This document shows positions 52,173 through 63,341 of a stretch of DNA of 64,000 nt, piece by piece. This DNA comes from Octopus bimaculoides (Eukaryota): positions 32,899,171 through 32,963,170 of the forward strand of contig NC_068990.1 in NCBI RefSeq assembly GCF_001194135.2. Reading direction: 5' to 3'. The notes beneath the pieces were generated by a model. The model had not been told where the DNA came from. It did not search any database and worked only from the letters and a program-made list of their open reading frames with translations. Each line of letters opens with the position of its first letter. Positions within the stretch are counted from its first letter, which is position 1. Made by a program: the position numbers and the translations under genes.

Positions 52173-53537
52173 ACAGTTACATGTAGATTACATCATTTTA
52201 CACATTTACACAATAACATTTGGTAACATCCTACTATGCCAGCTTTATATTAATTTAATAACCTGACAGATTTATGGATAAATCTATAAAATATAGACAT
52301 ATACCTTGACTATCTGCATTATCTATTTGTTTGGCTATCTGGCTGGTTGTCTTTTTGTCTGTAAGTCTATCTATCTGTCTAAATATATCTTATTAGCTTG
52401 CACACATACATGCACAAACTACATGTATATTTGAGAGCAAATTAAACAGAAGATTTAGAGAAAATTTATTATAACATCATAAATTATGTAATCTTAACAT
52501 TTTTACTTTCCTATTCTAGAGTGTTGTGCAGCAATCATTACATACACAGTTGCATAATCACCTTGAAACACCTGATCTTCAAAGGATAATAGTAATTTAA
52601 TCCAGACTCGTTTACCAATCTCACTTGGTAGGCAAAAACTAAATGAGAACTGCAGTTCTTATTTAGCTCTACTTACACCTGTTTCTGTCCCTTTATCTTA
52701 CTTTAACTTCTCAATGTGGCACAAAACTACTTCAATCAATCCTACATTCCAACTCTGTCAAAGGAAAGGCTTACAATTTTGAAATACTTTTTACAGATTT
52801 CTGTAGAATGATGATATGATGATTCTGAATTGAGCAAATTTTTATGGATGAATTGGTTTGAAGTTGTCTTGCACTTAAAAAGGAAGACTTGATCTTAGGA
52901 AACTAACGTTTGAGAATGGAATTTAGGAATACAATTTGTGATAAAGTGTCTTCTGTTACAACATTGTACCACATGGGACTGCATTGGTTAGTCAGTCCTG
53001 AAGCACATGATATCACGAAAATCTTACTAATCAAGTTTACATTCATTTCAAAGAAAGTGAAGAATTCTCTCATGCAATGGAGAAAAGTCCAGCCATTCCT
53101 TCCATCATTGATTTTTGTTCTGTAATAGAATCATTGCATGAACTGGCTTTTGACTAGGAACATTTCCACTAGAGTGTCAAGATTTTGTATATGTGTGTTT
53201 CTGTGGTTCTAAAGATGCATCTCTTAAATTGTTTGTTGTTTTGGTTCAGAAATATTTGTGATATTACTGGTGCTTTTTTTGTTGCTTTGGAATGACAAAG
53301 AGAAATGTTTTACAATATTTCATTAATTAATGCCCAGTTAATTTGGCATTTATGAGTCCTTGATAGTAAGGTGAAATTAAGAGAAAAACATCTTAATAAC
53401 TAAACCTTGAAGATGCTGCCCAAGCATGGCCAGAATATGACTAAAATTATAAAAGAATAATGGTTTATTTTTGTGTGCATTTGTATGTGTGTATACACTT
53501 ATATTCAAATTCATGTAAAAGATATGCATACATGTGA

Positions 53538-53556
53538 AAAAACACATGTGAATATG

Positions 53557-53601
<45 letters not shown>
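53538..53601. repeat. (TATC)n microsatellite
   Basis: Directly visible. Confidence 0.95.
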
Positions 53602-53622
<21 letters not shown>

Positions 53623-53729
53623 AAAATGCACAGACATATATGTGCATACAAGCATATGCATATATATGCATATGCTCACATAGATATGTATACTGTGGAG
53701 TTGAGCACTCATTTTCATCATTTGACATT

Positions 53730-53787
<58 letters not shown>

Positions 53788-53788
<1 letters not shown>

Positions 53789-54138
53789 GTGGAGAATGGA
53801 GCAACAAATACAAGAAGAAGCAATTCTGTTGGGCTAGTTAGCCGTTGTTTTACCTATCGCTATTATTATACCACCATATACATTAATATACCCACTAATC
53901 ACTTCTACATCTCTCACACCACGAACTCTTAACATACTTCTCAACATTCTGAAGAGATCTGCCAAACCATTGGCTAGATTGAAACGTACGTAAATGACTA
54001 TTACATAACATCCACAATGACTCAATACATAACCTCAACCTCCACAATGACTCATAACATAACCTCCACATAATAAAACAACGGCTAACTAGCCCAACAG
54101 AATTGCTTCTTCTTGTATTTGTTGCTCCATTCTTCACA
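53788..54138 (+). mobile_element. Hammerhead-containing cassette bounded by 65-bp inverted repeats (probable Penelope-like pseudo-LTR with inverted tail)
   Basis: 53788-53852 is the reverse complement of 54074-54138 (63/65 match). TA flanks both sides. Interior has the hammerhead, three tandem AATGAC-initiated units (53993-54069) and AATAAA at 54072-77. Confidence 0.6.
53945..53996 (+). ncRNA. Minimal type I hammerhead ribozyme (Penelope/retrozyme type)
   Basis: Read directly: stem I CATT(53945-48)/AATG(53993-96); core CTGAAGA(53949-55); 10-bp stem II GATCT-GCCAA/TTGGC-(T)-AGATT with ACCA loop; GAAA(53981-84); 2-bp stem III closed by palindromic loop GTAC; GUA cleavage triplet 53990-92. The first stem II pair is G-U rather than canonical G-C. 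Confidence 0.75.
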
Positions 54139-54374
54139 TAAATATAATTATAAACTACGGTTTAAACAATAAATTACCTGCCTCTNNNNNNNNNNTCACA
54201 TAAATATAATTATAAACTACGGTTTAAACAATAAATTACCTGCCTCTGGATGTCTGCTAACCAAGACGGTACCCGTACAGGTGATTCCCAGGAGTGCCTC
54301 CGGATTTAAACATCCCCTGGTTGTTTGGATGCTTCAAACTACCCCTGAAGGATTGAGGCAATCCCTATCATTTA

Positions 54375-54424
<50 letters not shown>

Positions 54425-54873
54425 TACACCAGCATATTTGTATGTATGCATATACAAATGCATACATATATGTATATACATATATTTACATACATATATA
54501 TATACATACGTATGCATATATATACACAAATATGCATATCTCTCTATCCACACACATACACACACACACACACAAACGTACAGTACATTAAGGTCAAATG
54601 CATAAATATTAAAGTGCTCAAACTCATACAAGCTTATATATTTATCCACACACCTTGCTTTTTAACATATAGTGTATATGGATGTATATTAGAGTATGAA
54701 AGAAATAAAACAACATCAAGCAATGACACCTCCTTGTATAATAATTTTTAAATGATGAATCTATTTCATCATAACTATATGTCACAGTTGAGATAATACC
54801 AAGTGGAACACTTCAGAAGTTTACTTCTCAGAAAATCATATTAATATAACTACACTATCACCATCACAACCAT

Positions 54874-54875
54874 CG

Positions 54876-54924
<49 letters not shown>
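54874..54924. repeat. (CAT)n microsatellite
   Basis: Directly visible. Confidence 0.95.
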
Positions 54925-54983
54925 AATTTTAATGTCTGCTGTCTGCACACACACACTCACATGTATATATGTATATATATATA

Positions 54984-55024
<41 letters not shown>

Positions 55025-55234
55025 GTGTGTGTGTGTGTATGTGTGTATATGATAATATGATAAAATAGTAATGTAGATTGACATGTGTATGAATAAATGT
55101 TTATACATACATGTCTATATACACATATATATATATGCATATTCTAATATGTGTGAATATGCGTATGTAAATGTATATGTGTGTTTATATATACAAGTGC
55201 ACACACACACATATGTATGTATGTATATATTTGT

Positions 55235-55282
<48 letters not shown>

Positions 55283-57179
55283 GTATGTCTGTATATATAT
55301 ATGTACATATCTCTCTCTCTCTATCTATCTATCTATATATATATATATATATATATATACATACACACACACACATGCATAAATATATATACATCGTTTA
55401 ACGTCCGCTTTCCATGCTAATGCATAATTATGTGTATATACATATGTGAGTGACAAGGTCTATTCACATACATACACACCTACATATGTAAATGCCGCAC
55501 AAAGGCAATATTGTGAAAAAGAAAGCAAGAAAGATATGAAGATAACAAAGGCAGAAGAGACAAATATTATGGAGTCTGGAATATGTCAAGTTTTCCTTTT
55601 TTCATGCATTAGTTTTTGATAATTTTGTAGGAGAAAACAGCAGCAAACAACAACAACAACAACTGTAATAATAATAATGATAATAGTAATAATAATAATA
55701 ATAATAGTAATTTTTATGCTAGCTTTTGTAAAGATTCAGACATTTTTGTGACAAGCCCTCCCAAGTTACCATAGTATGTTCTTCACCGTTTTGTTAAGGT
55801 GTATCTGTGAATAATTTTCTATCAGTATACACTCACACGCACACACAAACACACACACACACATGCATGCACATATTTGCCTTTTTTTTGTTTTGTTTAT
55901 TTAGAATTTTTAAATGTTAGAAATTTGAAAAATATTCATATAAATGTACACAAAGATTACTAAAACATGCTCAAATATACTACTACTATGACTACGATGA
56001 CGATGGCGGCAGCAAAGGAGGAGGAGGAGGAAGAAGCAAAAGGAGGAGGAGAAGGTGGAGGAAGAAGAAAATGAAGAAGTAGAAAAAGAAGGAGGAGGAG
56101 GAGGAGGAACATATATAAATAAAGGGAAATCATGTAGAAAATGTTTAAACTAAATATAAGTTAGCCAATTTTAGAATGATCAGCGCTGTCAAATTTAAAC
56201 CAGGAGAGATTTGATTACAGGTGGTTGTAGAAAAGAAAGACAATCACGGAAAATAGGAGCAGGGAGTGGATGAATACGCCATTCCACCACCACTTCACCA
56301 CTGAAACAACTAGAAGAAATGAAGAATATCATAAAAAATATCAGAAGGAAATGAAGGAGGAAGTATATAAGATGGAGAATGTTTCCTAAAAGTTTTGTCA
56401 TATTCTCCATACAATGAACGGAATCAGGGTTGGCTGTAAGCAAATATCTTTTCTATTCTCAAAGGTTTTACACATTTTGAAAAAGGAAACTTAACACAGA
56501 AATATTGACATATATACACAGAAATGATATATTCTCTCTGTTTTCCTACATATTAAATACCTTTCATAAATGGACACAGAAATATCTAAGAACTATTTTC
56601 TGTTTTATTGTTTTGTTTTATTTCTGAAAGTTGGCAGATATTGGAGAAGAAAAGTAAAAGACTTATCTGTTTATTTTTTGTATTTTTTATGTTGCATTTT
56701 TTTTTTATTGGGTGTAAAAAATATCTGACACAATGTAAATGTTGGTATATTTCTGTGTCAGAATTAATACAGGAAAGAAGAGAAGGACTTTAGTTTCAAT
56801 GAAAATGGTTTCTTTAAATAACAGAACAAAAACATAAAGAAAATAAAAACACCTATAAATTGTACAGGAAGCATATATTTTTAATATTTTTTACTACTTA
56901 TTTATTCAACTGTTCTTGTATTGCTTCATAAAAGTGAATTTTACAAAATTCTTTTTTCAAATTTGTAAACAATAATAATGATACAAAACAAAATATTAAA
57001 CATATGATGATGATGAGAACAACAACAATAATAATAATGTTAAGCATAATAATGATATTTCTGTTGGCCACAAGGGCCCAAAAATGCTGAGATGATACTA
57101 AACAACATAGGCATGTTGATGAACTCCAAAGGTGTGCTACCAATAATATACAAGAAACACTGCTTTTAGACTACATCAT

Positions 57180-58150
57180 TTAGTATCTGATACAGGAAAG
57201 GAATATTTATCCTGAATACAGGGAGATAGGGGCCTTATTTAATCTGGAAAATATTGTAAAGTATTCACTCTATGGTCAAGAAAAACATCAAGAAAAGAAT
57301 GGTGAAAAATTAACAAAGATAGCCATAAAATAGGAAATAAAAATCTAGAAACGCGTTTTCTGTCTTGAAGGAAGTCAACGAATATAAAACAAAGTTTGAA
57401 ATGACAGAATGTTATGAAGAAGAATTAGAACCAATAACAGAAATTGTGAGAAAGCTACAAAATTAAGCTACAAAAAAACAGGCATACAATATGTCATACT
57501 AAAGCAATAGCAAAAAAGCCCACTGCATGTCCAATACCTGGGGAGAAAATGAGTAGGTCGATGTATAGAAGAAGGAAAATTTGTAATAGTGGCCAAGAAA
57601 TACAAGATGGAAAAAGATAAAACTGAAGGATTCTTGACTGCAGCACAAGATCAAAACCTTTTCATCAGAAACTATCAAAAGCATATAATGAAGCAGATTA
57701 TATGGAAATGGGAAGAAACAATTAGCTGTAATGTGTTTTGATGCCTGATCTTAGCCAAGGCAAAATATATTCCCAGACATTATAGAATAGAGACTTACAT
57801 TTACTGAAGCTTTTGCTAGCATTAGGAAATACAATCAGAAAAGTGATGGAATAGGTGTACACCAAAAAATGAGAAAATAGTCATCCTCTGAGCTTTGCTA
57901 ATTCACAAACACAAGAAAATCAAAGTCAATTAGCAAAACATTTATGTCAAAGTCCAATGGGAGAAGAAGTTCTACTTAACTGACATTTTAGTAAAAAGTG
58001 ATGACAATGTATCTCTCACAGAAATGGAGAAATTATCCAAATCTAGTAAATTAAGATAAGTCATATGTGACAAGAGTGTGAAAACAGAAACAATCTTCAT
58101 AATAACAGGAGTCTTTAGAATGATAAAAAAAAACATGGAGACATATATAT
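57180..58150 (+). mobile_element. R4/Dong-like non-LTR retrotransposon remnant
   Basis: KPLHVQY...KTEGFLTAAQDQNLFIRNYQKHIMKQ...CLILAKAKYIPRH...DILVKSDDNVSLTEMEKLSK...KTETIFIITGVFRMIKKNMETY. Confidence 0.75.
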
Positions 58151-58480
58151 ATATATAAACAAAATGCCAGAACTTACATGTACACACACACACACTGGTC
58201 ACTTACAGGCATACACACACAGATCCACATATTTTTCAGCTCACCCACACATACATACTCACACACTCTTCCCCATTCATACATACACACTCACACACAC
58301 CATTCTCACATACACGTGTGCGCAAGAGTAAATTTGTTTGACTGGTTTACCATCATTACCTCCCTTTTATTCAGCCTCTTTCTTCTGCCTATGTTATCAT
58401 GTTGAACTGTAAGTCCCTACACATTTTCTTTCTCCCTCTGTTTTTTTGCATTTTCTCTCTCTTTCTTTTTTCTTCTTAAT

Positions 58481-58519
58481 CCTTTCTGTCAAAGAGCGTA
58501 GGCTCCAAATGTAAAAGAC
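58481..58519 (+). ncRNA. Very degenerate minimal hammerhead-like motif
   Basis: ctgtcaa-a-GAGC-gtag-GCTC-caaatgtaa-aaga. Perfect 4-bp stem II at Penelope-HHR spacing, but both core boxes are mutated. Confidence 0.3.
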
Positions 58520-58825
58520 TTTTCCATTCTTCCTGAATGTTAAACTAATGCATCTGCTTGTTGTTTCTACACCTGTCTTCATCTTATGTTTTCTGTAAAT
58601 TTGAACTAAATATATATATTTCGTATGTGTATTTCGTGTGCAAGATTCTTGATGTGGATATGTGTGTTGAAAGAAATACAATTAAACCTTGTATTTAACA
58701 AAAAACTATATAAATTAATAAAGGACTGAACCAGTGCGTGTGTTTATTACCGGCATAATGCCTCTCCCAAGGTTTAATTGTAAATATATATATATATCTG
58801 TAAAAATATGTGACACTTATTCGGT

Positions 58826-58900
58826 AGCCATGATAAAACTCCCAGTGTTTTGGATGCCGGGGTGGGAACCCATGCCAACATCTCTTCAGTTATCCGGCCA
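58826..58900 (-). ncRNA. Decayed type I hammerhead ribozyme (probably inactive)
   Basis: Minus strand: GGCCG-GATAA CTGAAGA GATGTTGG...CCGGCATC C AAAAC ACTGGGA GTT TTATC-AT-GGCT. Stems I and II pair. Core GAAAC reads AAAAC and there is one extra C before it. Confidence 0.5.
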
Positions 58901-59284
58901 TTGAAAATTCCTGTGAAAAATGACTGTTAAACAAAGGGAACTTACGTTTCACATATTTTTACAGATAAATTCCTCTATTTACATAATATCGAGGTCTCTT
59001 TCTTTTGTTGTCCTTCCTATCAATTTATGTATATGTAAACAAAATGCCAGAACTTACATGCACACACACACACACACACAATATATATATATACACATAT
59101 ATATGTGTGTGTGTGTGTGTGTGCGTGTTAGCTATTAGTGACAGAAGTAGTCAAGCTTGGGATCTCATGATTGCAAAGCAAATTTCTTAACTGCTCAGCC
59201 ATACCTGCATCTATTCTCAAATTTTGAAAATTTGATAATTTAGAGAAATGCTGATTACATAGTCTTGAGAAGAAATATAAGCAT

Positions 59285-59590
59285 CTGGTACATGGCAGAG
59301 CAGATTGACAGACAGATCTTAGAGAATCAGCAGGATATCATTGTAAAAGATATCCGAATCTGAAATGAAACATGTTCTGTGGTTGGTCCATCATATTAAG
59401 TTCTGAGGCCAGGAATATATCCATCAAGAAAACAAAAAATATATTTGAAATATTGGTATTTATAGGTAGAGTGGTAATAATAACGTGGGACCTAGATATA
59501 AGAGCAGGACTTAATGTTGCAAGGGCTGTCAGAAGAGATAAACAAAAAATTGAAGAGCATACACAGCCTTATGACAACATTGTTTAAAAC
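59285..59590 (+). mobile_element. Highly decayed R4/Dong-like RLE remnant
   Basis: WYMAEQIDRQILENQQDIIVKD...RNISIKKTK resembles IWD..IQTDR.I..N.PDIVVKD...NISIKE.EK. Confidence 0.45.
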
Positions 59591-60533
59591 AGTTGAAAAG
59601 TCTTCTCTCTCTCTCCCCCTCTCTCTCTTCTATGATATTTGGACTGAGGAAGAGAGAACTAAATAGCGATGAAATATTTAGTGTAGTAATTCTTTCTTGG
59701 AATGGTGTATCTTGAAGGAGATAAAGCTATACACAATAGTATGTAAATATTGGGTTAGAAATACCCTTCGGAAAGAAAAAGACAGAAGCTGTCCATGAGA
59801 CTTGAACCCATGTTTCCTGTAAATATAACAGTAGTATTGTAACAGGTTCTGTTACTGCACCAATTTGATAATAATTCTTTTTAATTTAGGCACAATGTCA
59901 GCTGTTTTGAGGGAAGGGGCTAGTAGTGACCATCTACCTCTTTATTTGGCTGGTACTTTAGTTTACCAATCATGGCAGGATGAAAGACAAAGCTGACTTT
60001 GGCTGGATTTGAACTCTAGATTTGAATACAAATTATTGACTGGATTTGTATATAAAGAATTAGAACACATACCACAAAGAGTTTAACCCTAGGTTTTTAC
60101 AATCCTACCAATCCACCACCCTTATCATATGTATGGTAGTTCTTTATAGCAAAGACAGAGGGTCACCCATTGTAATGGTTGATAGTTTTGATGAGCTGGT
60201 GCTCAGTATATGACTGGTATTTATTTTATTAACAGCAAAAGGAAGAAATAAAAATTAAATTTCACAGGATTTAAACCTAAAAATAGAATTATAACAAAAT
60301 AGTCAGGTGACATTTAGCACAGCATTACCAAATTTATCAATCTCTATCTTCCTATAAGGAATTTTTTTTATTTGCCAGTGGGCCTTTAAATAAATGGGTC
60401 ATTACAAAGATAGGTTACATAAAGAATGAGGGCTTAGGGAAAAGAAACAAAGAAAAAGAGATAAAAAATTTACAGTGTAATAATAATAATAACAACAACA
60501 ATGATAATAATAATAACCCTTGCTGCTGTAGCC

Positions 60534-60685
60534 ACAAGGCCTGAAATTTGTGGGAGGGGATTAGTTGATTACATTGACCCCAATACTTGACTGGTACTTA
60601 ACTTATCGACCCTGAAAGGATGAAAGGCAAAGTCGACCTCGGCAGAATTTGAGCTCAGAATGTAAAGACATGTGAAATGATGCTA
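60534..60685 (-). mobile_element. SINE family B
   Basis: Reverse complement of the 50695 copy. Confidence 0.8.
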
Positions 60686-60769
60686 AGACCAAGGCCTTTG
60701 GAAATATGCTGTGCTGGACTAAAAGACCCATGAAGCCATGTGATATCATAGTTATGAAAGATACTGATG

Positions 60770-60975
60770 TCATACAAATGGCACCCATGCTGGTGGCATG
60801 TAAAAGCATGCATTATACTCTCAGAGTGGTTGGTGTTAGGAAAGGCACCCAGCTGTAGAAATAATGCTAAATCAGACTGGAGTCTGGTGCAGCCCCTCAG
60901 TTTACCGAACCTGGTCAAACCATCCAACCCATGCCAGCATGGACAACAAACGTTAAATGATGATGATGATGAATG
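60770..60975 (+). mobile_element. SINE family E
   Basis: GGTTGGTGTTAGGAAAGGCACCCAGCTGTAGAAA...CCCATGCCAGCATGGA...CGTTAAA(TGA)n. Confidence 0.85.
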
Positions 60976-61534
60976 ATGACGATGATGGTGATGTTTTAAA
61001 TCATGGAATGTCCTGTATGTAAGTTACTGCTGCTGTTTATGTATAATATGAAATTGTTCTGTTTAGCTCTGCAGTGTTTTGTTTTGATTTCTCTCCCTTC
61101 CTTATCTTTTTCTCCATATTTTCGTTCTCTATCTTCACTATTACAATCATCATCATCATTATCAACAACAACAACAACAGGAATAATGAGGCTAAATGAT
61201 GTTAGCTTTAATTGGTGTTTTATCTATAAACACAAGCATACAAGATGGATTCAGTTTTGTTTGGGAATGATAATCTCTTTTCTAGGTTTTTTTTTTCTGG
61301 TTTTTATTTTTGACTGTGTTTTGTTTTGTTTTATCTTGATTGCTTCATTCTTTTACTTTTTATATTTGTCTATATTTGAAGAAGTGTGTTCTCCGAATTG
61401 AGACATAAAGATAGACATTGATTCTCTCTCTCCATACATCATTATTTCTGCTTTGGATTGAGAGCCAAACATACACCACTACTGCTTACCTATTTCACCG
61501 CACACATATGCACACATGGTAAGCATACGTGTGT

Positions 61535-61572
<38 letters not shown>

Positions 61573-61592
61573 TAGTCAATCAATTTTACCAA

Positions 61593-61679
<87 letters not shown>

Positions 61680-63214
61680 AACATATATTTCAGCTTGTCT
61701 TTGTATTTGTTTAGAATACATATATGTATGCTTATGAGAGATATACACACACATACACATATACATATATATATATTCCTCATAAACATTCACATAGTCA
61801 CAGCCAAACAACTCCTTACTTATTCACCCACATTCAACCACACACACCTGTGTATGCATACATGCATGCATGCATGCACACACACACACACACTCATGAA
61901 CCAGTATCAGTCTGGTTGAGTGCATCAACTGGTTACTATTTCCTTGCTGAATCTTATTCGTTAGACCCAGTTATCTTTTCAATTATTGATTCAATAAGAA
62001 AAGAGAACAGCAGTATGGCTAATCTCTTTCACTTTCACTATCCACTTTGAAACAAACGTTGTTGTTGTTGTTGTTGTTCATGTTGCTGTAATGGACAAAA
62101 TCTTTGCTATGTAGCTTAGATGAAAGCTGTAATGACAAAGTTTTGCAACCCTCAGGCAAAAGTGTACTCAATCAGTGGACTGATTACCACACTGAATATT
62201 CATAAAAATGGCATCTTTACTTTGCAAGTATTGGTAGTTCTTATCATAGTATTAAACTCAAACTGGTAAATAGTTCCATCTCGAAGAATAACTATTAATG
62301 GCTTGCAATAAAATAAAGTTGTTTTTTTTTTACTTTCTTTTCTTCTGCTTTTTACTTAGTTTTAATTTTTATCCTCCATTTCCTTCCTTGATTCTTCAAT
62401 TCTTATCATCATCGTCATTGTCATCCTTCATCTTTCCTCTTCTATAATTTTCGAATAGGTTTAGCATTTACAGAAAAGTGATGGAATTTCCTGAAATGGC
62501 TGAACACCAAATTCTGTATGTTTTGTTTCTGTTTGTTTAGGTTCAAGTCTTCTGATAGTCAATTGTTCCTTTTATCTCTCTGCAGGATTGGATGACATGA
62601 ATACAATAATAGAACGATTCCTGATAATATACTATGATTGTTTGATAGATTAGATAGTGCCATTTTACAGATGGATTGGATCTTTCCTTAGTCATGGATC
62701 AAATCCTCTCCTTACTGATGGATCAGACTCACCTTTATTAACCTGGAAAATAATGAGAGAGAGTTCTAACATAAGCACAGAATTATATGCCTCTGTGCAT
62801 GTGGACTGAACACTCAACTAGTCTAGTCATCTATTTTTAAGATTAATATCATAGGGTAGGCACAAGGCACAGATGTATACAATAGCTGTAAAATTGAAAA
62901 ATGATATACTAACTAACTATACTGAGTTCCATCTTCCTTGATGGAACCATTAGAGAGAGATAAGGTTCAATAAATTGTAGCAGATTTCAAGAATTTGACC
63001 TTCTATCTTAAGGTTTAAAGAAATTTTCACTCTCAGTAAAAATTAACATGTTTACTACATGCTTCAGTCAAGCTATCTAAAATTTAGACAAATACAGGTA
63101 TATGAATTTTTCAATTACGAATATTTTCTCTGCCTTTAGAGGATGCATCATAATTACCAAATAGCAATTATGACCAGCTACACCTGAGATTATTTAATGA
63201 TATATCCTCTAGAG

Positions 63215-63341
63215 TACTGGTTTCTAAAGTGAGCGATATTGCTACCCCTCCCGAGCATTTGAAGGATTCAAGGGGAAAGGTTGCTAGGAATGTGGCCTGG
63301 ATGCCAAGGAGTAGCAGCCTGAAAATGTTTGGGAACCACTG
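63215..63341. mobile_element. hAT-Charlie-type MITE with 8-bp TSD
   Basis: Right TIR TTTGGGAACCACTG, degenerate left TIR TACTGGTTTCTAAA; TSD CTCTAGAG at 63207-14 and 63342-49, matching the Charlie NTCTAGAN preference. Confidence 0.8.

Noticed and set aside
54134-54247. 52-bp direct repeat around a 10-N gap
   Set aside because: Same assembly artefact. It touches the last 5 bp of the right inverted-repeat arm but cannot have created the inverted repeat.
56190-56450. Possible Tc1-like N-terminal fragment (GAGSG*IRHSTT)
   Set aside because: The similarity is too short, with no TIR or catalytic motifs.
58938-58966. Minus-strand GAAACGTAAGTT as a further hammerhead
   Set aside because: The upstream box reads CTGTAAA with no usable stem II, and it overlaps the inverted-repeat arm.
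61003-61401. 132-aa hydrophobic ORF
   Set aside because: It is composed of T-rich low complexity and (CAT)n/(CAA)n tracts, with no recognisable motif.
14073-61919. [16 protein letters not shown] and RERE ORFs
   Set aside because: These are translations of dinucleotide microsatellites.
62541-62800. Plus-strand acceptor sites with short open frames (GLDDMNTIIERF..., WIGSFLSHGSNPLLTDGS)
   Set aside because: The frames end in stops without donors; the second resembles a decayed CR1/L2 RT segment, too weak to call.
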